Source: Verrucomicrobiota bacterium (GTDB lineage: Bacteria; Verrucomicrobiota; Verrucomicrobiia; Limisphaerales; CANJSG01). From it: 60,948 nt of DNA. Shown piece by piece: positions 20,794 to 29,022 of this stretch (position 1 is the stretch's first letter; every line of letters starts with the position of its first letter). Below the pieces are notes generated by a model, which did no database searches, was not told the origin of the DNA, and saw nothing but the letters and a program-made list of their open reading frames with translations. The stretch covers positions 1 to 60,948 of the forward strand of contig JBBQXJ010000018.1 in NCBI GenBank assembly GCA_038209745.1. The letters run 5' to 3'. The translations under genes and the position numbers were made by a program.

Positions 20794-23700
20794 GTGAACG
20801 CTACTCAAACCAAATCAAAACCCCAAAAAGCTGGCTTTGCCGTATTTATCTTTCTCGTTGCGTTTATTTGCACGCTGGGATCGTCGGCGGTGGCCGCGTC
20901 CTGCGCGGACGGCCTGTCAGGCGTCGCAGGTTGGTGGCCGGGCGACGCCAATGGAACCGATCTGACCTCCAAGAATCCGGCCATTCTGACCAATGGGGTC
21001 GCCATTGTTCCTGGATTGGTTGGGTCCGCCTTCAGCTTCGACGGAGTGAACGATTACATCGTCGTCCCGAAGTCGGCGTCCATGAACGTCGGGACCAACG
21101 GCGGGTTCACGGTGGAAGCTTGGGTCAATCCGGCCAATGTCGGAGGGGCGATGCCGGTCTTCGAATGGAGCTGGATTCCGGGAGCCGAAGTTGGGGTGCA
21201 TGTTTGGCTAAACCAAGCGCAGTCGGGAGACGTCTTCGCCAACATTCTGGATTCTGTTCCGAACGGACACACTATCACGTCTCCCGGCGGAGTAGTTCAT
21301 GCCGGCGTCTACCAGCATGTCGCCGTGACCTATGACCGTGGATCAGGAATCGCCAAGATTTATGTTAACGGTTCCAACGTGGTCTCGGCCACTTTGGGTA
21401 GTTTCATTCCAAACACCGACCGCGATTTATTGATCGGAAAGCGGATCGACGGAGGGGCCGGATATGTTTTTTCGGGGCAAATCGACGAGCCCACGGTCTT
21501 CGGGCGCGCGCTCTCTGGCTCCGAGATTCAATCGATCTATTTGGCCGGAAGCAGCGGCAAGTGCGCTTTGAGCGCGCCCCAGTTGGTTCAGAACGACTTT
21601 TCCAGCGAGTTCGGGAATGCGGCCAATCCGAATGGCCGTTGGAGCTACGGGTCTAAACCGACCCTGGGAGGAATGTTCGCCTTGATGGCCACCAAAGGGT
21701 CCGTTCCGGGAAACAATGGCGCCTACGTTCAGTATTGGCAGGTTGCACCCTCGGTCGAGCCCACCATTTTCCACAACACCAATGCAATCGCGGTCACCTT
21801 TTCCGGCGGACAGGTGGCCCCGGGTGAAACCTACATGTATTCCGGGTCTGCGGGCGAAACCAACAAGTTCGGGGTGGTTCGCTATACTGTTCCTTCTTCG
21901 GGTGACTATCGGGTCATTGCATCAGGGCGGCCTGTCTACAACTCGGCCGCTGCCGGCCAAGGTGACACTGACTTTCATCTGGTCCGCAACGGAGTTGAAA
22001 TTTTCGGACAGAACGTGCCGGCGATGGGCTTGGTGGCGTTTTCCAACGTGGTCAATCTCGCGACCGGTGACGTTGTCGAGATTGTGCTCGGACCAGGCCT
22101 TGATGGCCAAGGAGGCTACGCGGGTTCCGGTCTCAAACTGGATTTGTCGCTCGCGCAGATTTCATCCAGTCCCACGGCGCCGTCAATTGTCACTCAGCCC
22201 GTTGGTTCGACCAACACGGTTGGGGCTTCTGCGACGTTGAGCGTCTTGGCGGCCGGAAGTTCGCCCTTGGCCTATCAGTGGTTCAAAGGTGCGGCCTCCA
22301 TCTCCGGAGCGAACGATGCCTCGCTGTCCCTTGCCAATCTCCAGTTGGCCGATTCCGGTGGCTATATGGCGGTGGTCACCAATTCCTCCGGTTCGGTCAC
22401 GAGCACCGTTGCTTCTGTTGTCGTAAATCACCCGCCAGCCATCGAAGCGAACTTCTCTGGCGCATTCTCGACTCGGGCCAATCCGAATGGCCTTTGGAGC
22501 TACGGTTCGAAACCGACTTTGGGAGGAGATTTTGCCCTGATGACCACCCAAGGAGCCGTTCCCGGAAACAATGGGGCGTATCTCCAGTATTGGCAGGTCG
22601 CTCCTTCGGTCGAGCCCACCATTTTCCACAACACCAATGCGATCGCGGTCACCTTCACCGGGGGACAGGTGGCTCCGGGCGAAACCTACATGTTTTCGGG
22701 TTCCGCGGGCGAAACCAGCAAGTTCGGTGTGGTTCGATACATGGTTCCAGAATCTGGGACATATACGGTCGTCGCGTCGGCACGTCCTGTTTACGATTCG
22801 GCGGCCGCCGGGCAGGGAGACACCGATTTCCACCTGGTCATCAATGGCACGGAGCTCTTCGGACAGAATGTGCCGGCGATGGGGCAGGTGGCATTTTCCA
22901 ACGTGGTCAATCTAGCGATGGGTGACCTTATCGAACTTGTGCTCGGACCAGGCCTTGATGGGATGGGTGGTCACGCAGGGTCCGGGTTGAAGCTCGACCT
23001 CGCACTCAGGCAGCTTTTGACCCAATCGCTCCCGGTAGTTCTTGTCCATCCGCTGGGGTCCACCAACCAGATTGGCGGGTCGGCGGCACTAAGCGTTTTG
23101 GCTGCTGGTTCTGAACCTCTGACCTACCAATGGCGGAAAGACGGTCAGCCGCTCTCCGGTGCGACCAATTCTTCTTTGATCTTTGGAAATCTGGCCGTGG
23201 CGGATTCGGGAACCTATTCGGTGGTGGTGAGCAACGCGCTCGGATCGGTGACCAGCCAAGGTGCCGGCTTGCTGGTGTTGAACGAAGCCAGCTTGGTGCT
23301 TCCGAACATCTACGAGCACACGGACGATGGTTACAACTCCGGTCATTTGGACGAGGTCAACACCCGGTGGCAGACCGTCTATGGAGCGGACCAGTTTCCG
23401 CAGCATCCCATCACGATTCATGAGATTCGCTACCGGCCCAGTCGCGTCTCGGGAAAAGCCTTCTCCACCACGATCCAGAACCTGCAGATCAACCTGTCCA
23501 CCTCACAGAAGGCGCCGAATGCCCTGAGCAGAACCTTCGCGGAAAACCTGGGCACGGACGACACCGTTGTCTTCCATGGTGCGATCACGCTATCCAGCGG
23601 CTTTGTATCGACGCCCGCAGGTCCGAAGGAGTTCGACATCGTCATCCCGCTTGCGACGCCGTTCTTCTACAATCCTGCGGCGGGGAACCTCCTGTTGGAT

Positions 23701-25749
23701 CTTCGCAATCCCGATGGGTCCTCCATGGCGTCGCGGATCGATGCGGGAACCTCCCAGTCGGACTCCGCCAGCCGCGTGTGGTCCCGGGTTCCAGATCTGG
23801 TGGCCCTCACCGGTGACAACAATGCCGAGATCATCCAGATCCGCTATTCCACCGAGCCGACTTCGCCCACGGCTCCGATCATCCTCGTCCAGCCGATTGG
23901 ATCAACGAACGACGTTGGTTCGTCCGCGAGTTTGGCGGTGACGGCCTACGGGAGCGCACCATTGGCATACCAGTGGCGGAAAGATGGGCAACCGCTCGCG
24001 GGTGCGACCAATTCGTCACTGGCCTTGTTGGCCCTGCAAGTTAACCAAGCCGGTAGCTACTCCGTCGTGGTGACCAATGCGCTCGGTTCGGTGACGAGCA
24101 GCAACGCGTTGGTCGCGGTCGTTCTGCTGCCGCCCTACATTGTCGTCCAGCCGGCTGACCAATCGAAGACCGTCGGCACGACGGCCGCCTTCTCTGTGAC
24201 GGCCGGAGGAGCGAAGCCGCTGGCCTATCAATGGTTCTTCAATGGAAACATGCCGTTGGCCGACGGCACCAATGCTTCGCTCGCACTGACCAATGTCGGG
24301 CCTGCTTCGGTGGGCGACTACTCGGTGGTGGTGGCGAATGGACTCGGAATGGCGACGAGCTCGGTCGCGAAGCTGACCGTATCCTATCCGCCGGCGCTGA
24401 TCAGCATTGCGGGCGCGGATGGGAACGCGGGCTCGGAGATTTCCCTGCCGGTGACGATCCGGGCCAACGGCAACGAGAATTCCCTCAGCTTCAGCCTCAG
24501 CTACACGCCGAGCCGCCTCCAGTTTGCCGGGGTGAGCCTCGGATCTGGAGCGATCAATGGATCCATCCTGGTCAACACCAGCCTGACCAACATCGGCCGG
24601 GTCGGAATCGCGTTCGCCATGGATCCCAATGCAACTTTCAACGGAGGGACCCAGCAAGTGGTGGTCGTCCGCTTCAATTCGACGTCGTTCATCAGCGGGG
24701 CACCGATTACGACCACGGTTTCGTTCACCGCAAGCCCGGTCCCCCAAGTATTGACCGATGCGACTGCGGCCACCCTGCCGAGGACCTTCTCATCGCCCGC
24801 CCAGGTGCTGCTCCGGCCGTCGCCGATCGAGGGCGACGTCTATCCCCGTCCCGCCGGCAACCGGATCTTGGACATCAGCGACTGGGTGCAGGTGGGCCGG
24901 TTCGTGGCCGGTCTGGATCAAGCGGCGTCGGCCGAGGAGTTCCAGCGGATCGACTGCGCACCACGCGCTATTCGGGGCGATGGACAGTTGAAGGTGACGG
25001 ACTGGGTCCAGGCGGGCCGGTATGCGGTGGGACTCGATCCCGTGACCGCGGTCGGCGGGCCGAAGGCGCTCGTCGTGCAGGCCAGCGCGCCGGCGGTCGG
25101 CCGCTCGCGGGTCTCGCCGATGTCGACGCGCACCCTGAAAGCGATGAACGGCTCGGCGGTCCAGGGATTGACCGTCACGGTGCCGGTCGTCCTCGAGGCG
25201 CAGGGAGATGAAAACGCGGTTGGATTCAGCCTGAGCTTCGATACCAACGCGTTCAGCTACGTGTCGGCGGCCAAGGGCTCGGCCTTCGGCAACGGGTCGA
25301 TCCAGATCAACGCCCTGCAAGGCGATGCGGGTCGGGTCGGTGTCGTGGCGGCGCTCCCATCGGGCGCTGTGCTTCCGGCTGGATCGGCCGAGGTGGCCAC
25401 CGTCACCCTGCGGGCCAAGACGCCCGAAGCAGGCAACTACGCCGTCTCCTTGGGCAACGTCCCGCTGGCAATCGGGGTGTCGGACGCCCTGGCCAACGAA
25501 CTCACGGCGGTGCCGATGGCGGCCTCGGTCGCGGTCAATCCGGTTCCAAACCTCACGGCCTTGAAGTCCGGGGGAATGCTGAAGCTGTCGTGGCCGACGT
25601 GGGCCGATGGTTTCGGACTGCAAAGTGGCGGATTGGGTGGCAACGCCTGGACGAACCTTTCGGCCTCTCCAACGACCAACGGCGGCTCGATCGAAGTGGT
25701 GCTGCCGCTGTCGGGCGAGCCGGCGTTCTTCCGCCTGCAGCATCCATGA
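20794..25749 (+). CDS. Large surface protein: LamG, duplicated beta-rich module, four Ig-like domains, cohesin-dockerin-cohesin-like C-terminus
   Basis: AAGGAGG then GTG 20794; WWPGD, FSFDG, TVEAWV, HVAVTYD, G.IDE LamG motifs; four YQW...Y..VV.N Ig motifs; two D.....DWVQ.GR repeats flanked by cohesin-like VPV..E..F.L.F/Y units. Confidence 0.85.
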   Translation: MNATQTKSKPQKAGFAVFIFLVAFICTLGSSAVAASCADGLSGVAGWWPGDANGTDLTSKNPAILTNGVAIVPGLVGSAFSFDGVNDYIVVPKSASMNVGTNGGFTVEAWVNPANVGGAMPVFEWSWIPGAEVGVHVWLNQAQSGDVFANILDSVPNGHTITSPGGVVHAGVYQHVAVTYDRGSGIAKIYVNGSNVVSATLGSFIPNTDRDLLIGKRIDGGAGYVFSGQIDEPTVFGRALSGSEIQSIYLAGSSGKCALSAPQLVQNDFSSEFGNAANPNGRWSYGSKPTLGGMFALMATKGSVPGNNGAYVQYWQVAPSVEPTIFHNTNAIAVTFSGGQVAPGETYMYSGSAGETNKFGVVRYTVPSSGDYRVIASGRPVYNSAAAGQGDTDFHLVRNGVEIFGQNVPAMGLVAFSNVVNLATGDVVEIVLGPGLDGQGGYAGSGLKLDLSLAQISSSPTAPSIVTQPVGSTNTVGASATLSVLAAGSSPLAYQWFKGAASISGANDASLSLANLQLADSGGYMAVVTNSSGSVTSTVASVVVNHPPAIEANFSGAFSTRANPNGLWSYGSKPTLGGDFALMTTQGAVPGNNGAYLQYWQVAPSVEPTIFHNTNAIAVTFTGGQVAPGETYMFSGSAGETSKFGVVRYMVPESGTYTVVASARPVYDSAAAGQGDTDFHLVINGTELFGQNVPAMGQVAFSNVVNLAMGDLIELVLGPGLDGMGGHAGSGLKLDLALRQLLTQSLPVVLVHPLGSTNQIGGSAALSVLAAGSEPLTYQWRKDGQPLSGATNSSLIFGNLAVADSGTYSVVVSNALGSVTSQGAGLLVLNEASLVLPNIYEHTDDGYNSGHLDEVNTRWQTVYGADQFPQHPITIHEIRYRPSRVSGKAFSTTIQNLQINLSTSQKAPNALSRTFAENLGTDDTVVFHGAITLSSGFVSTPAGPKEFDIVIPLATPFFYNPAAGNLLLDLRNPDGSSMASRIDAGTSQSDSASRVWSRVPDLVALTGDNNAEIIQIRYSTEPTSPTAPIILVQPIGSTNDVGSSASLAVTAYGSAPLAYQWRKDGQPLAGATNSSLALLALQVNQAGSYSVVVTNALGSVTSSNALVAVVLLPPYIVVQPADQSKTVGTTAAFSVTAGGAKPLAYQWFFNGNMPLADGTNASLALTNVGPASVGDYSVVVANGLGMATSSVAKLTVSYPPALISIAGADGNAGSEISLPVTIRANGNENSLSFSLSYTPSRLQFAGVSLGSGAINGSILVNTSLTNIGRVGIAFAMDPNATFNGGTQQVVVVRFNSTSFISGAPITTTVSFTASPVPQVLTDATAATLPRTFSSPAQVLLRPSPIEGDVYPRPAGNRILDISDWVQVGRFVAGLDQAASAEEFQRIDCAPRAIRGDGQLKVTDWVQAGRYAVGLDPVTAVGGPKALVVQASAPAVGRSRVSPMSTRTLKAMNGSAVQGLTVTVPVVLEAQGDENAVGFSLSFDTNAFSYVSAAKGSAFGNGSIQINALQGDAGRVGVVAALPSGAVLPAGSAEVATVTLRAKTPEAGNYAVSLGNVPLAIGVSDALANELTAVPMAASVAVNPVPNLTALKSGGMLKLSWPTWADGFGLQSGGLGGNAWTNLSASPTTNGGSIEVVLPLSGEPAFFRLQHP

Positions 25750-25779
25750 TTCGGTGTCGGTTGTGTGTTGTCTGACGCG

Positions 25780-25818
25780 AAGCCGCGTGCCGGAAACGGT
25801 GCGCGGCTTTTCCGTTTT
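25780..25818 (+). terminator. Intrinsic terminator
   Basis: aagccgcgtgccg-gaaa-cggtgcgcggctt followed by a T-rich tail. Confidence 0.75.
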
Positions 25819-25858
25819 GAAAATCCCCGCCGGTGGATAGTTTGTGGCTGTGCCTGTG

Positions 25859-26626
25859 ATGCTCAACCCTGCCCTCAACGCCTTCGTCGATCGTTTCGCG
25901 ACCGAGCAGGTCTTCGGGCAGGCGCTTGTCTCCCGGTCCGGGGCCGGATTCGAGTTGAGGCATGTGGAGGATCGGTCCGTCGAGGGTTTAAAGCGGTGTT
26001 CACTGAAGGAATTGCGGACTCTGGCGCAGTTCACGACGGCGGGCGCATTTCGACCGATGAAGTCCGCGCCGACGCTGCGTCGAGGCTGGCAGTGGGTCGC
26101 TCCGAATTCGTCGGCACTGGCGGAGGGTCTCGATACGCTCTATCCGGGGGCGCTGGCGGATTGGTTCGCGGCGGACCAACCAGAGTCGTCTGTGACCGAC
26201 TTCCGGGCCTTCATGGATCGACAGACTGGGATGTATCGAACCGCTGCGATGTTGTCCGACCCACAGGCGGCAAGGGTTACGGCGGCGTGCTGCGCGCCCT
26301 CGCTCTGTCTGAAACGGCGGCTGTGGACGGTCCCGGGGCTTGAGCCGGACGCGCCCGGAGCGAAGAGCCTGATCCCTTGTCTGGAAGCCTGTGCGTTGTT
26401 TCTCGAGTTCGCGCGGAAGGCGATGCGGATCGAGCAGGAAGAGGGAATAAGCCTGGTCGTCGCGCCCTCTGACTTGGCGACCATCCGCGCTGCCCTGGTC
26501 GCCGCCGCTGGCATGGCGGCGTCCCGCGAGGGCGATGTCGCTTCGGCGGAGAATCCTCGGCGGGCGCTGTTGGCGCTGGCCAAACTTGGCGAATTGTCGG
26601 CTCCGCCGGTTGTTTCCGGCGAGTAG
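25859..26626 (+). CDS. DR2241 family protein
   Basis: G.FRP.KSAPTL.RGW, LYPGA, RQTGMY, CC....CLKRRLW and IPCLEAC motifs. Confidence 0.8.
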   Translation: MLNPALNAFVDRFATEQVFGQALVSRSGAGFELRHVEDRSVEGLKRCSLKELRTLAQFTTAGAFRPMKSAPTLRRGWQWVAPNSSALAEGLDTLYPGALADWFAADQPESSVTDFRAFMDRQTGMYRTAAMLSDPQAARVTAACCAPSLCLKRRLWTVPGLEPDAPGAKSLIPCLEACALFLEFARKAMRIEQEEGISLVVAPSDLATIRAALVAAAGMAASREGDVASAENPRRALLALAKLGELSAPPVVSGE

Positions 26627-26669
26627 AAGATCCAAACGACCCTGACCGACCCATCAATTGATCGAATCC

Positions 26670-27758
26670 ATGAAAAATGTTGCTCTCTTCCTCCGCCGGC
26701 TTGTGGCCGCTGCGGCGATTCTGTCCTCCGTGAACGGCATGGCTGCCGACGATGCCACGTCCGACTCCGATGCCGCCTGGCAGGAGTTGCGCAAGGTCAC
26801 GGTGCTGCCTTCGCCGCCGGCTGGTTGGCAAACCGAGAGACCGGCCAAAGCCGACATGGACGCGTTCATGGCCCAACGGGGAGAAGCCGCCGAGAAGGCC
26901 GCCACCGCCGCCAAGGAATTCGCGGCTAAGTTTCCCTCAAGCACTCGTGCGGCGGACGCCAAGCGGATCGAGAGCGACATGACCCGGCTGGCCGTGCAGT
27001 TGGGCCGGACCAATCTGGTGGACCAAGCCGCCACCTTCACCGCCGAACGTCTGAAGGACCCGACAATGTCCGACGACCAGAAGTTCACGGAAGCGCTCCA
27101 GATGGAGGAGCGGAAATTCCATGATTCACTGGAGACGGACCGGGCCAAATACATGGACTCGTTTCTGGCGGCCGTGGTTCGGCTGCAGAAGGACTTTCCC
27201 AAGGCGGAGCAGGCGGATCAACTCCGGTTGATGGTCGCCTCCAGCCTGGCGCCCGAGAAGGCGAAGGAGATCGCCAAGGATCTGGTCGCCTCGTCGAACC
27301 CGCAGGTCAGCGGCTCCGCCAAGGCCCTGCTCAAATCGCTCGACGCCGTGGGCAAGCCGGTCGCCATCAAGTTCACCGCGGTCGACGGCCGGGAAGTGGA
27401 CCTCGCCAAGATGAAGGGGCAGGTGGTTCTGCTGGATTTCTGGGCCACTTGGTGCGGGCCGTGCATCGCTGAACTGCCCAATGTCAAAGCCGCCTACGGT
27501 CGGCTCCATCCCAAGGGATTCGAGATCCTCGGGATCAGCTTCGACGAGGACAAAGGCGCCTTGGAAAAGATGCTGAAGAAGGAAAACATGACCTGGCCGC
27601 AGTATTTCGACGGCGAAGGCTGGTCCAACAAGTTCGGCCAGGAGTTCGGAATCACGGCGATTCCCGCGATGTGGCTGGTGGACAAGAAGGGTCTGCTCCG
27701 TGACACGAACGGCCGCGAGGATCTGGAGGCGAAGGTGGAGAAGATGCTCGCCGAGTAG
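26670..27758 (+). CDS. TlpA-family thiol:disulfide oxidoreductase, exported
   Basis: LLDFWATWCGPC, signal peptide, IP cis-Pro motif. Confidence 0.92.
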   Translation: MKNVALFLRRLVAAAAILSSVNGMAADDATSDSDAAWQELRKVTVLPSPPAGWQTERPAKADMDAFMAQRGEAAEKAATAAKEFAAKFPSSTRAADAKRIESDMTRLAVQLGRTNLVDQAATFTAERLKDPTMSDDQKFTEALQMEERKFHDSLETDRAKYMDSFLAAVVRLQKDFPKAEQADQLRLMVASSLAPEKAKEIAKDLVASSNPQVSGSAKALLKSLDAVGKPVAIKFTAVDGREVDLAKMKGQVVLLDFWATWCGPCIAELPNVKAAYGRLHPKGFEILGISFDEDKGALEKMLKKENMTWPQYFDGEGWSNKFGQEFGITAIPAMWLVDKKGLLRDTNGREDLEAKVEKMLAE

Positions 27759-27778
27759 ATCGTGAACCGATGATCAGG

Positions 27779-27820
27779 ACGGGAAGGCGGAATCCGGTTT
27801 CGCCTTCCCGTTCCGCTTTT
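27779..27820 (+). terminator. Putative intrinsic terminator
   Basis: acgggaaggcg ... cgccttcccgt 11-bp stem followed by tccgctttt. Confidence 0.6.
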
Positions 27821-27841
27821 CAGAGGCTAGACCACCGGCAC

Positions 27842-28240
27842 ATGCACGATCTGCTCTGGTTCCACGACAAGTTTCTCGGGGTCGACTGGCACCCTTGGAA
27901 AATGGTGGGCTGGCTGGGGAACGTGGTCTTTTCCACCCGCTTCCTCGTCCAGTGGTACGCCACGGAAAAGCGCAAGGAAGTGACCGTGCCGCTGGCGTTC
28001 TGGTGGCTGAGTCTCGTCGGCTCGCTGCTGCTGCTGGCCTATGCGTTGGTCTGGGAGAAGAGTTCGGTCTTCATCTTTGCCTACGCCTTCACCTGGATCC
28101 CCTACGTCCGGAACATCGTCATCCATCGGCGGCATGACGACGCGAAAAAGACCTGCGCCGGCTGCGGTCACAGGTCTTTGCCGAAAGCCAACTACTGTTA
28201 CCACTGCGGCGTGGAGCTCCCGTCCGTCGCAGAGGGTTGA
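27842..28240 (+). CDS. Lipid-A-disaccharide synthase N-terminal (LAB_N) domain protein with C-terminal zinc ribbon
   Basis: G..G...F..RF.VQW..TEK....VP..FW..SL.G motif; CxxC...CxxCG tail. Confidence 0.85.
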   Translation: MHDLLWFHDKFLGVDWHPWKMVGWLGNVVFSTRFLVQWYATEKRKEVTVPLAFWWLSLVGSLLLLAYALVWEKSSVFIFAYAFTWIPYVRNIVIHRRHDDAKKTCAGCGHRSLPKANYCYHCGVELPSVAEG

Positions 28241-28241
28241 A

Positions 28242-28625
28242 CTACCTGCCGGGAGCGGGGGATACGGCGGGGGCTTCCTTCGAAACGGCGGCCGAACTGA
28301 TGCCGTATTTGGTCAGGATCTGGACGAAATCGGGGTTCGTCTTGGAGAAGACGATCAGCTGGTTGATCAGTCCCTTGATCTGGACCGCCTCGCCTTCGTT
28401 GAAGTTCTTGGCGGCGGCTTCGAACTGGGGAACCGCCTCGGCGTTGGCGCTCCGGAGGATCCGCATCTGCTTGAAAAGGAGGATGTTGATCCCGATCGTC
28501 GCGACAAGCACCGTGGTGATCAGCCCGTTCAGGAGCATTCGTGTGGATTGGACCTCCGCGTTGAGCGCGGAGAGGGAATGACCTTCACCGTGGGAGGAGG
28601 ACGGGACATCGTTGGAGGTGCTCAT
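28242..28625 (-). CDS. Hypothetical single-TM protein
   Basis: 127-aa ORF with a hydrophobic helix and FSKTNP...IL.KYGI motif. Confidence 0.7.
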   Translation of the reverse strand: MSTSNDVPSSSHGEGHSLSALNAEVQSTRMLLNGLITTVLVATIGINILLFKQMRILRSANAEAVPQFEAAAKNFNEGEAVQIKGLINQLIVFSKTNPDFVQILTKYGISSAAVSKEAPAVSPAPGR

Positions 28626-28626
28626 G

Positions 28627-28899
28627 CTATTGGCGGGGGGATTCGGCCGAGGCGGGCGTGGGCTTGATCCCGAACTGTTGGAGCACGGGGATGATGGTCG
28701 GGTTTTTTCGGCTATAGACCGCAGCGTCCTCGATCAACTTGGTCGTCATCTGGCGGAACTTTTGGACCTCATTGATCTGCTGCTGAAGGCCCTGCTGCTC
28801 GTTCATGGCCGAGAGGGTCATGAGCGAGAGTGCCACCGTGAAAACGGCGCTCACCAGGGTCAGCCCCAGAAGCATGAATCCCATTGTGTGTCCTTTCAT
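28627..28899 (-). CDS. Hypothetical single-TM protein, paralogous to 28242-28625
   Basis: 90 aa from ATG 28899; YSRKNP...VL.QFGI motif; ends 1 nt before the next start. Confidence 0.7.
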   Translation of the reverse strand: MKGHTMGFMLLGLTLVSAVFTVALSLMTLSAMNEQQGLQQQINEVQKFRQMTTKLIEDAAVYSRKNPTIIPVLQQFGIKPTPASAESPRQ

Positions 28900-29022
28900 A
28901 CGTCGGGGGAAGGTAGGGAGGGGCTTTGGGCCTTTCAACCGGAATCGGGACGGTTCCATAGGTGGGCGGCGTTCCCTTTGTTGCGGAATTTCCCGGCGGT
29001 CGTCTAGGCTCGGCGGACTGAC

